The position numbers were made by a program, and so were the translations under genes. A stretch of 64,000 nt of DNA from NCBI GenBank assembly GCA_002401855.1, contig NVUH01000007.1, forward strand, positions 49,826 through 113,825. The letters run 5' to 3'. Below the pieces are notes generated by a model. The model saw only the letters and a program-made list of their open reading frames with translations. It had not been told where the DNA came from and ran no database searches. Of this stretch, positions 20,078-28,021 are shown piece after piece. The DNA is from Hyphomicrobiales bacterium. GTDB lineage: Bacteria; Pseudomonadota; Alphaproteobacteria; Rhizobiales; OSC116. Numbering within the stretch: the first letter of the stretch is position 1; each line of letters opens with the position of its first letter.

Positions 20078-20358
20078 GGAGCTAGCTTTTCCCGCAAAAA
20101 ATCATTGGCGACGGCCAACTCCCCGATTTTAGCATGAAGGGCTTTTACTTTGACATCACTATCATCGGCAGGCTTTGTTTTCTGACCACGTTCAAAAACT
20201 TCAGCAGCACCTTCGTGCAATGAGCGTTTCCATTGATGGATTTGGGTTGGATGAACGCCAAAACGACTGGCTAGCTCCGTCACGGTTTGTTCACCTTTTA
20301 GAGCTTCCAAAGCAACACGAGCTTTAAAAGCTGGATTATGGTTCTTACGTTTAGACAT
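20062..20358 (-). CDS. IS3-family transposase OrfA (HTH)
   Basis: 98 aa, [38 protein letters not shown] typical IS3/IS911 OrfA. Confidence 0.9.
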   Translation of the reverse strand: MSKRKNHNPAFKARVALEALKGEQTVTELASRFGVHPTQIHQWKRSLHEGAAEVFERGQKTKPADDSDVKVKALHAKIGELAVANDFLREKLAPWIDK

Positions 20359-20440
20359 TTTAGATTTCCTCGTCTGGTTAAAGACCAGTCAAGCAAAAAT
20401 TGTAGCTTAAGTCACTGTCTCTTTATTGGGGAGCACCTCA

Positions 20441-20932
20441 GCTAATGCCCAAAAATGCGGCTCTTGAAATCAGAAATTCTAGCAAAACGGCATGCAATTG
20501 AATATACCCAGAATCATCTTCACCCGATTCGAGTGGTAAACCGAGATTTTGAACCAAAGTGAATAGCTCTATGGCTTCAGCTTCCCCGATGCAAGCACTC
20601 ACAACATCTATACGAATAATTGGAAAAACCTCAGCTTTTATAAGTAAGTTTCATTGTTCAATAGATGGCGAACCTCTTTATCTGAAAATTGGAAATCTTC
20701 ATCATTCAGCTCATAATATTGCGAATTCAGCTGTAGGGAGGATACGGGTAAATCTGGATTTGTTCGCGAAGCCAGCACCAAATTAAGCCATTTAACATCT
20801 GTTAGGTTGATAAGTTGGGTAAGTATTTGCACCATTGACGCAAAAGGGTGCTCTTGCCACTACCAGCAGAGGAGGTGGGCTACCTGCTGATTTCAATTTT
20901 TCTAGTATATTTTTTCGTAATACTTCCATTAC
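20441..20932 (-). pseudogene. MalT/LuxR-type STAND ATPase regulator remnant, interrupted by the IS
   Basis: Pieces in three frames: P-loop GSGKSTLLRQW (about 20846-20875), LVLASRTNPDLPV...ELNDEDFQFSDKEV, LFTLVQNLGLPLESGEDDSGYIQLHAVLLEFLISR; continues beyond the IS in 19091-19161 (AEWRKAIDYALQAEDG). Confidence 0.5.
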
Positions 20933-21082
20933 CAACAGTTAATATTTTGATGTGTGGATTGAATATGCCGTATTTTTTTAAAGAAAGTAATTAAATTTTT
21001 ATGCGAAATAAATCCCTAGTTATTTTGTAAACAGTTTGCTTTGTACAATTTCGCATTGTTTTGGGTGAGGGGACGTCTCAAG

Positions 21083-21118
21083 ACAAAAAAACACGGGCCA
21101 TAAATCTGACCCGTGTTT
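21083..21118 (-). terminator. Rho-independent terminator of csp
   Basis: AAACACGGG / CCCGTGTTT 9-bp stem followed on the minus strand by a U7 run (A-run 21085-21091). Confidence 0.7.
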
Positions 21119-21145
21119 CATCAATAACTAAACATGCTGCTTAAA

Positions 21146-21349
21146 TTAAACAGATTTTAGATTACAAGCAGATTGCTTGCCTTTTTCTTCTTGAACTTCA
21201 TACTCGATTTTTTGGCCTTCGTCCAAACCATCTAGGTCTGAATTTTGAACAGCGCTAATGTGAACAAACACATCAGAACCACCATTTTCAGGCTCGATGA
21301 AACCAAAACCCTTAGCAGGGTTAAACCATTTTACTGTACCAATTGCCAT
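21146..21349 (-). CDS. Cold-shock protein (CspA family)
   Basis: [34 protein letters not shown]; GGAG SD before ATG at 21349 (ORF-track start 21382 rejected). Confidence 0.9.
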   Translation of the reverse strand: MAIGTVKWFNPAKGFGFIEPENGGSDVFVHISAVQNSDLDGLDEGQKIEYEVQEEKGKQSACNLKSV

Positions 21350-21646
21350 TTTATTTCTCCTTGTGCAAATATGGGTATTCAATCAACCACAATGTTGTGA
21401 TCGAAGATTTGGGCTTGAAAAAGACTTACGTCTATTACCCTCGACTTAACCTAAATATTTAGAAAGAGAAGTAGGATGCATTAGTAACGTATCAATCAAA
21501 CGTAGGGGGCGTTAAACACTACTTTAAATTATAAAACAAGCTATTTCGTAATTAATGCCATAAAATATCGGATTCGAAGTAAATATAGGCTTAATTATAT
21601 GTCTAATAGCTTTCCAGCTCACTTAATTCTAAATGGGGTTGCGCTC

Positions 21647-21856
21647 TTAACCAGACCGCGCAGCACCACGGCTTGAGGCCGCCAAGTTAGGAATATTCTT
21701 GCCACCGGTGTTTTTGCCGTTTCTGTTTAAATGAGTGTTAAATTTGCCAGCAGTATGCTTTTGCTCTGCGACAGCGGCGGGGGTAGGGGCTTTGCCCGCT
21801 GCATGCGCTTGGGCTAATCTTTTTTTCTTACGCTCACGTGCTCTAGCTTTGCTCAT
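21647..21856 (-). CDS. Small, highly basic hypothetical protein (69 aa)
   Basis: MSKARARERKKKRLAQAHAAGK...; ATG at 21856; no family recognised; coding status uncertain. Confidence 0.4.
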   Translation of the reverse strand: MSKARARERKKKRLAQAHAAGKAPTPAAVAEQKHTAGKFNTHLNRNGKNTGGKNIPNLAASSRGAARSG

Positions 21857-22126
21857 CGGAATGGCCTTTCTTTGGTTTATACACACGTTAGCCTATATTC
21901 GAAATAAAAGAAAGGGTGGCAAATTAATGCCGTACTTGCTACCAAATGGTGCAAACTTTGTATAAAAGCAGTTCGGCTTGCCCCTGAGGCAGAAAGCAAT
22001 GGCGCTTGCCGACCTGATGTTCCATCGAACATTAGCGAAAGAATTTCTAGCATCCACGCACGGGACATGACTCTGATGATTGATTGCGTTGATTTATAGG
22101 GTAACTATCTGATTTAGTTAAAAGCC

Positions 22127-22168
22127 CGAACAGCGTGTCAAGAACAGCGTGTTCAAAACAGCGCGTAT
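22127..22168. repeat. Three tandem copies of an approximately 14-bp unit (GAACAGCGTGTCAA / GAACAGCGTGTTCAA / AACAGCGCGTATT)
   Basis: Read directly in the intergenic region between the IclR gene end and the small basic ORF. Confidence 0.7.
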
Positions 22169-22278
22169 TGTATCTGTATCGTCGAATTATATGAATGACT
22201 TAATTGGGTAAATAACCACACTCTTGCGCAAGGAAAATTGGCTACATAAACTGCCATTAAAGAAAAATAACCTCTATA

Positions 22279-23019
22279 TCATTCCGCTAGATTATTACTG
22301 ATAATTTTTGCTGTGGATACTAACAACGGAAGAATTTGAGGCTCATCTTCGTGTAAAAGTAAATTTGCATCAGAAATTATACTCAGGCTGGCAAAAATAT
22401 TATGTTTTTCGCTAACAATTGGTGCCGCTAGGCCAATCAAACCTTGGTCAACTTCTCCGCGGGTCACGCAATAACCTCTGCGATTGATTTCCTTCAGCTC
22501 AATAAGGAATTGTTTTTTTGTGGCATCAGTTTTACAATCTTCAAATTGCTGGTCGAGTAGCTCGTTTAAGCGTTTTGGTTTTAAACTGGCTAAAATAACT
22601 TTAGAAGTTGCGCCTTTAAGTAAAGGCATGGGATGGCCTTTTTGATAGCTTGTACTGAATTTAATATTCGGTGATTGTTGAGTGATCGTACACATAACCT
22701 GATTGTCATAAAGCCTTGAAAGAGCAACAACACTCGGCGCCGGAACATGACTTATGAGTGAGGTTAGAAATTTAGAACCAGTGCGCATCAGTGGGTCTGT
22801 CAGTTGGAAACGGCGGTTAAATTCCACAAATGCTGGTCCGAGCCGATATCTGGAGGACGGTGCAGATTCTAAAAACCCAGCTTTGGAAAGCTCTCTTGCA
22901 TTTCTATAGATTGTACTTGTTGGCGCTCCTAAGCGTTCCGCCATTTCTGGAATGGTCCATTGGCCTTGCGTTTCATCAAATAGCCGTATTATATCTATAA
23001 ATCGATTTAAGCCCGTCAT
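22279..23019 (-). CDS. IclR-family transcriptional regulator
   Basis: 246 aa; N-terminal wHTH (IPEMAERLGAPTSTIYRNARELSKAGFL) and C-terminal IclR effector domain-like sequence. Confidence 0.85.
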   Translation of the reverse strand: MTGLNRFIDIIRLFDETQGQWTIPEMAERLGAPTSTIYRNARELSKAGFLESAPSSRYRLGPAFVEFNRRFQLTDPLMRTGSKFLTSLISHVPAPSVVALSRLYDNQVMCTITQQSPNIKFSTSYQKGHPMPLLKGATSKVILASLKPKRLNELLDQQFEDCKTDATKKQFLIELKEINRRGYCVTRGEVDQGLIGLAAPIVSEKHNIFASLSIISDANLLLHEDEPQILPLLVSTAKIISNNLAE

Positions 23020-23143
23020 TATGCCTCAGTTTTCAAAATTAACCATTATCAGTATATCATAATTCAAATTAACACACGATATTATAATATCAGTATTTAA
23101 TAAAGTTATTGATCTATTTCATATTTAGTGATTTTTTTGAAGA

Positions 23144-23642
23144 TTGTTAAAAAGCGACGGTTTATGCCTTTTGGTGAGGTGGTGGTTAAATCAACGACAG
23201 ATTATCTGCAAATCTCATTTTTCGTTGATTTCTTCTACCCATAGCTTCCAAGCTCTACCCAATTTTGCATTGCGTATCAACATATCACTGGCATCGCCAA
23301 CGTTATTTCAAATTTCGTACGGATGTCCAGATCCTTGTAAAAACCACACATATGACAGACGGGGCGTAAGCTATCTGCGACGACGGTGAAGGGCGCGACG
23401 CTTGACGCGTGGGTATGAATGATGGCATTCACGTCGAGGCGGCACTTGTAAATTTCGCTATGAATAAACCGCTCTAGAAAAGGCTTTTGGTTAGTTTTAC
23501 TGACAATGTCTCCCTCAAAATTATAAACCAAAATATCCTCTGGCCGAATGCGCCCCCGTGCCTTGCTATATGACATTAAAAAAGTTTCTGAGTCAGATTT
23601 GTTATGGCAGCTTACATGTCTGAAATTATTTATTATTATCAT
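23144..23642 (-). pseudogene. Class II aldolase/adducin-domain gene remnant
   Basis: 121-aa ORF (23277-23642) covers only the central part (KPFLERFIHSEIY...AIIHTHASS); downstream homologous pieces (DMLIRNAKLGRA) are in other frames; N-terminal about 30 aa missing. Confidence 0.5.
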
Positions 23643-23655
23643 AAAAAAGAAATTT

Positions 23656-23684
23656 TATGATAATAATATTGACAAATTATCATA
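23656..23684. promoter_or_regulatory. Inverted repeat TATGATAAT-N11-ATTATCATA overlapping a TTGACA -35-like hexamer
   Basis: Read directly 42 nt upstream of the dioxygenase start; TTGACA at 23669-23674; related ATTATCA half-site at 23045-23051 upstream of the IclR gene. Confidence 0.4.
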
Positions 23685-23725
23685 TTTTGATAATTATGCG
23701 GGAATAAAATCAAAAAGGACTTATA

Positions 23726-24565
23726 ATGACTTTAACAGCTTTACGCGCTAGCGCATATTTACATCATGTTGCTTTTGAGAGTGATGACCCACAAAAATTA
23801 GCCGAATTTTACAGTCAAACCATGCAAATGGAAGTTGAGAAAATTAATGCCAATGAATGGCGTTGTGAGGGCCCAGATCGCCGTTTTGTGGCTATCAAAG
23901 GCACCGATCGTCAATTGGCCTATGCTGGCCTTGCATGCCGTGATCAACAAGGTGTTGATGAGATATTGGAACGTGCGAAAGCCGAAGGCATTGAAATAGA
24001 AAAAAGCCCATCACCTTATTTTAAACAGGGGGCTTTTGCTGTGCGTGACCCAGATGGTAATTTGATTTGTTTTGGTTTGGCCATTCCGCAAAAAGCTGGC
24101 TTTACAGGCATTCATGGCCCAACCCAACATTTAACTTTTGCAAGCTTTGATGTTGAAGCATTTTCTGACTTTTATCACAATAAATTGGGTTTCTCTATTT
24201 CCGATCGTGTATTGCACGAAAATGGCGAAATGGCCACTTGCTTTACCCGCTCTAACCACGAACATCACACCATTGCATGTTTTAAATCTGACCGCCAAGG
24301 TGTTGATCATCATAGTTATGAGGCGGGTTTGTGGGATAACATTCGCGATTGGTCAGATCATTATGCTGATTTGGACATTCAGCTTATGTGGGGTCCAGGC
24401 CGCCATGGGCCAGGTAATAACTTATTCATTTTCATTGAAGATCCTGACAAAAATTGGATCGAAGTTTCGGCTGAACTTGAAATCATTCACGACCGCCCCG
24501 TTAAAGATTGGCCGCAAGATGCGCGCACCCTTAATCGCTGGGGCAGAGCCATTTTCCGTTCGTAA
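23726..24565 (+). CDS. Two-domain VOC-superfamily extradiol ring-cleavage dioxygenase
   Basis: 279 aa; LHHVAFESDD and HLTFAS...DHHSYEAG...GPGRHGPGNNLFIFIEDPD typical of type I extradiol dioxygenases. Confidence 0.8.
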   Translation: MTLTALRASAYLHHVAFESDDPQKLAEFYSQTMQMEVEKINANEWRCEGPDRRFVAIKGTDRQLAYAGLACRDQQGVDEILERAKAEGIEIEKSPSPYFKQGAFAVRDPDGNLICFGLAIPQKAGFTGIHGPTQHLTFASFDVEAFSDFYHNKLGFSISDRVLHENGEMATCFTRSNHEHHTIACFKSDRQGVDHHSYEAGLWDNIRDWSDHYADLDIQLMWGPGRHGPGNNLFIFIEDPDKNWIEVSAELEIIHDRPVKDWPQDARTLNRWGRAIFRS

Positions 24566-24599
24566 AATAATTTCTAATCATAGACAATCAGGAAAATAA

Positions 24600-25460
24600 A
24601 TGAAATATATTAGTTTTATCCGCTGCGGAAAAGCAGGATTCGGCCTGCTAACCGTGCGCGGCAATGGCCAGCAAGCCATTATTGATTTAACCCATAAGCT
24701 TGGTTCAGATATTGATAATCTGCAGGATGCAATATCTAACCACAAGCTTGAAGATGCTGAAAAGTTTGCCGATGCACCCGCAGATTTCTTCTTAAGCGAT
24801 GTGACATTACTCCCCGTCATTCCCAACCCAAGTAAGATTTTGTGCATTGGCTTAAATTATGAAACCCATCGGGCAGAAACCAAACGTCCCGATGCAAAAT
24901 ATCCAACCATATTCACCCGCTTTGCTGATTCTCAGGTGGCACATGGCCAACCTTTGATCATTCCGCACGTGTCTGAACGTTTTGATTATGAAGGTGAATT
25001 GGCCATCATCATTGCCCAAGGTGGGCGTTATGTCGAGGAAGCTGACGCCATGCAACATGTAGCAGGTTATGCTTGCTATAATGATGCCACGGCGCGTGAT
25101 TGGCAACGTCATACCCATCAATTCACTCCGGGCAAGACCTTTCCCGCCACGGGAGCGTTTGGCCCTTATATGGCAGATGCAAAATCCATTGGCGATTATA
25201 CCAAGCTGAAAATTCAAACGCGCCTTAACGGCAAAATCATGCAAGATGCCGATCTAAGCCAATTGATTTTTTCCATCCCTAAATTGATTGCTTATTGCTC
25301 ATCATTCACGCCGTTAACCGCGGGTGATGTGATCATCACGGGCACCCCAGGCGGTGTTGGTGATAGACGAGAGCCGCCTATCTATATGCAAGCTGGTGAC
25401 GTGGTCGAAGTTGAAATTTCTAAACTCGGAACTTTAAGTAATCCGATTATAGCGGAATGA
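24600..25460 (+). CDS. Fumarylacetoacetate hydrolase (FAH) family protein
   Basis: 286 aa; KILCIGLNY, DYEGELAIII, GDVIITGTPGGVG motifs. Confidence 0.85.
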   Translation: MKYISFIRCGKAGFGLLTVRGNGQQAIIDLTHKLGSDIDNLQDAISNHKLEDAEKFADAPADFFLSDVTLLPVIPNPSKILCIGLNYETHRAETKRPDAKYPTIFTRFADSQVAHGQPLIIPHVSERFDYEGELAIIIAQGGRYVEEADAMQHVAGYACYNDATARDWQRHTHQFTPGKTFPATGAFGPYMADAKSIGDYTKLKIQTRLNGKIMQDADLSQLIFSIPKLIAYCSSFTPLTAGDVIITGTPGGVGDRREPPIYMQAGDVVEVEISKLGTLSNPIIAE

Positions 25461-25466
25461 TAGAAT

Positions 25467-27056
25467 ATGAGTATTGATGAAACTGAAATCCTAATCATTG
25501 GGGCAGGGCCAACGGGTTTGACTCTTGCCAACTTATTAGGCCAAGCGGGCGTGAATGTAATCATTGTTGAGCGCAATAGCTCGACAGTGCAAGAACCACG
25601 CGCCGTTTCGATTGATGATGAATCAATGCGCACCATGCAAGCCATTGGCTTGGATGCCGAGATTCTGAAAATTGTTGCTCGTGGTTATGGTTCTCGTTAT
25701 TTGGGACCAAATGGCAAATGCTTTGCATCGGTAGAGCCTGTTTCGCGCGAATATGGCTTTGACAAACGCAACGCCTTTCAACAACCAGAGCTTGAGGATA
25801 TATTGCGCAAAGGGCTTAAACGTTTTGCCAATGTTGAAACGCGGTTCGGTTGCAACATGCAAAGCTTTGCGCAAGATGATACAGGTGTGACCGCAAAAGT
25901 AGTTTCGACACAGCATGGTGAACAATCTATCAAAGCCCAGTATATGGTGGCTTGCGATGGAGGCCGTTCACCCACTCGTATTGAATTGGATATTTTACTG
26001 GATGGCTCAACATTCTCCGAGCAATGGCTCATTGTCGATATTTTCAACACTAAAAACCATTTCCGCCATACCGAAGTGTTTTGTAACCCCAAGTTGCCTT
26101 GCATTTCATTGCCGGGGCCAGAGGGCATAAGGCGTTATGAATTTATGATTCAAAACGGCCAAAGCGAGCAAGAAGCTGAACAGGAAGACAATGTACGTCA
26201 ATTACTTTCGCAAGTTGGTGAGGATAAAGACGCTGAATTGCGCCGCGTGAAAGTTTACACCTTCCATGGCCGTGTGGCGGTAAAATGGAAACAAGGTCGT
26301 ATATTTCTGGCGGGAGATGCCGCACATTTAACCCCACCATTTGCCGGGCAGGGCATGAATAGTGGTCTGCGAGATGTGCATAATTTGGCTTGGAAACTGG
26401 CGTTGACATTGTGTTCAAATGACAGTGGCAAGATAAAAAATCTACTCGATTCTTATCAGCAAGAGAGGTCGCCTCACGCTTGGAATATGATTGAAATCGC
26501 GCTGACCATGGGGCGGGTGATGATGCCAACCTCAAAATTGCAAGCAGCATTGGTAAGAGCCGCATTTCGCATCATGAGCATATATCCGCCTGCGCGAGAT
26601 TACATTGCTCAAATGCGTTATAAGCCCAAACCTTTATTTAAAGTGGGTTATCAGCAAGCCGATGGCCGCTCTGTAAAACAGACCATGGTCGGGCGTTTAT
26701 TTTACCAGCCAGAAATTGAGGATATGCACCGCAACCGCATGTTGCTTGATCGCATCATTGGCAATCAACCCTGCTTGTTGGTATTTTCAGAAATGCCCGA
26801 GCAAGTTGTTGATGCAAAGACACGTAAAATATTTGAAGCAAAAAACATCCTCATCATCGGCATCACGCCAGAATGGGTGAACCCGATTGAAGGCGACTTT
26901 CCAATTTACCGAGATGTATCAGGCGAGTTGAGCCATAAGAATTTCATGAGTTACCAAGAGCATACTTTTCTACTTCGGCCAGACCATTATGTTGCGGCGA
27001 TAGAGCCAAATGCGAATATCATCAGCTTAGAGAATATGGCAGATAGGTTGGTTTGA
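25467..27056 (+). CDS. FAD-dependent aromatic-ring monooxygenase (MhpA/PheA-TfdB class)
   Basis: 529 aa; ILIIGAGPTGLTLANLL, GRIFLAGDAAHLTPPFAGQGMNSGLRDVHNLAWKL. Confidence 0.85.
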   Translation: MSIDETEILIIGAGPTGLTLANLLGQAGVNVIIVERNSSTVQEPRAVSIDDESMRTMQAIGLDAEILKIVARGYGSRYLGPNGKCFASVEPVSREYGFDKRNAFQQPELEDILRKGLKRFANVETRFGCNMQSFAQDDTGVTAKVVSTQHGEQSIKAQYMVACDGGRSPTRIELDILLDGSTFSEQWLIVDIFNTKNHFRHTEVFCNPKLPCISLPGPEGIRRYEFMIQNGQSEQEAEQEDNVRQLLSQVGEDKDAELRRVKVYTFHGRVAVKWKQGRIFLAGDAAHLTPPFAGQGMNSGLRDVHNLAWKLALTLCSNDSGKIKNLLDSYQQERSPHAWNMIEIALTMGRVMMPTSKLQAALVRAAFRIMSIYPPARDYIAQMRYKPKPLFKVGYQQADGRSVKQTMVGRLFYQPEIEDMHRNRMLLDRIIGNQPCLLVFSEMPEQVVDAKTRKIFEAKNILIIGITPEWVNPIEGDFPIYRDVSGELSHKNFMSYQEHTFLLRPDHYVAAIEPNANIISLENMADRLV

Positions 27057-27126
27057 AAAAACAATCACATTTGTGGAATTAGTTTCTCGCAAGCCGTGCT
27101 TGAAATTTCATAAATATTTTCAAATA

Positions 27127-27158
27127 AAAAGCCCTTCAAAAATCAGTGAAGGGCTTTT
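27127..27158. terminator. Bidirectional rho-independent terminator
   Basis: AAAAGCCCTTCA / TGAAGGGCTTTT 12-bp stem, T-runs on both strands. Confidence 0.7.
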
Positions 27159-27180
27159 AATATTTCAATTTAATGAAGGG

Positions 27181-27327
27181 TTAAAGCTTCATTTGAGCGA
27201 CATAACGTTCTGCGCGGGCAATTTGAGCTTTAACAATTAAAGCGCCCATTCTCTTAAAGAAATTTGCAATTGCAGTCGCAATGGTTGGATGATTATGAGT
27301 TTCATTTGTGTGAAGAATATAAGCCAT
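27181..27327 (-). CDS. Candidate small protein (48 aa), below the ORF-track cutoff
   Basis: ATG 27327 to TAA 27181: MAYILHTNETHNHPTIATAIANFFKRMGALIVKAQIARAERYVAQMKL; ends 23 nt before the terminator; weak SD; no family recognised. Confidence 0.3.
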   Translation of the reverse strand: MAYILHTNETHNHPTIATAIANFFKRMGALIVKAQIARAERYVAQMKL

Positions 27328-27573
27328 TTTTAATCCGTTTCTAAAAGTTGGTTACCTTAATATTTAATAAAAATATATAGCGAATAAACCGTTAAAGAAA
27401 GCATTGATAGGATGAGGCTGTCATGCGTAAAATGCATGGCTAAATTCATAAAAAATATATAAAGGTGCAATGAAGCTATTTATAGATTATTGCGGCTTTT
27501 CGATAGATAACGAAAAGCCGTCATCATGAAATTGTGGCCGTGCTCGAAAAACAATCTCACAAATTTTGAGTGT

Positions 27574-27885
27574 TTATGCCGTTACATACCAATCATCGTT
27601 TGCGGCAGATAAAGTGCAATTTGCGGAAAATAACCAGCAAAGCAACCATGAAGGCCATGGCGAACCGAATGGCCAACTGCCAGCAAAAAATTCGCGCATC
27701 GGCACTTCGGGCGCTATGGATTTTATGATAAATACATTCAAGCCAACGGGCGGCGATATCATGCCCATTTCCAAAACAATCATAATGACCGGTAATTCTT
27801 TTAAATTGGTATTTGCATCGCCCGCTAGCATTTCTTTAAATCGCGATATTTGACATTGCTTTGACAATAATAACAAATTACTCAT
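27574..27885 (-). pseudogene. Orphan C-terminal remnant of a TRAP DctM large permease
   Basis: VIMIVLEMGMISPPVGLNVFIIKSIAPEVPMREFF matches the DctM C-terminus; no DctQ/DctP or N-terminal part nearby; 10-bp-stem hairpin at 27493-27520 downstream. Confidence 0.6.
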
Positions 27886-27975
27886 AAAAATAATATTGCC
27901 CTCATTGCGATGATGTTTGAATAAATTTCATTAAAACTCGAAAATCAGAAAACTTGACAGAAAGTTTGCCTTACG

Positions 27976-28008
27976 TTACTAATACGTATTACTAATACGA
28001 ATTACTAG
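27976..28008. promoter_or_regulatory. Candidate LacI-type operator: 20-bp CG-centred palindrome plus overlapping direct repeats of TTACTAATACG
   Basis: TTACTAATAC|GTATTACTAA (one mismatched pair) at 27976-27995; repeats at 27976, 27989, partial 28002; TTGACA at 27954-27959 upstream. Confidence 0.45.
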
Positions 28009-28021
28009 ATTGTTTAACATA

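Larger units (their letters stand above)
19162..20440 (-). mobile_element. Intact IS3-family insertion sequence (1279 bp)
   Basis: Terminal inverted repeats TGAGGTGCTCCCCAA (19162-19176) / TTGGGGAGCACCTCA (20426-20440), TG...CA ends, flanking 3-bp direct repeat GCT (19159-19161, 20441-20443), orfA/orfB in -1 arrangement. Confidence 0.9.

Noticed and set aside
20559-20786. 75-aa plus-strand ORF in the MalT-like remnant region
   Set aside because: The opposite strand carries recognisable MalT-like segments. The plus-strand translation has no features.
21877-22068. 63-aa minus ORF and 76-aa plus ORF (21735-21965) around the small basic ORF
   Set aside because: They have no SD and no family resemblance, and they overlap each other and the promoter region. 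They were kept out of the feature list.
22127-22168. Possible alphaproteobacterial LexA (SOS) box, because of the repeated GAAC/GTTC
   Set aside because: The direct GAAC repeats are spaced by 10 nt, not the 7 nt of the GTTC-N7-GTTC type box, and no SOS gene is adjacent.
27976-28008. Short tandem repeats considered as a mini CRISPR or iteron array
   Set aside because: There are only 2.5 units of 13 bp with no spacers. They sit directly at a promoter of a LacI-family gene and form CG-centred palindromes. An operator is the simpler reading.
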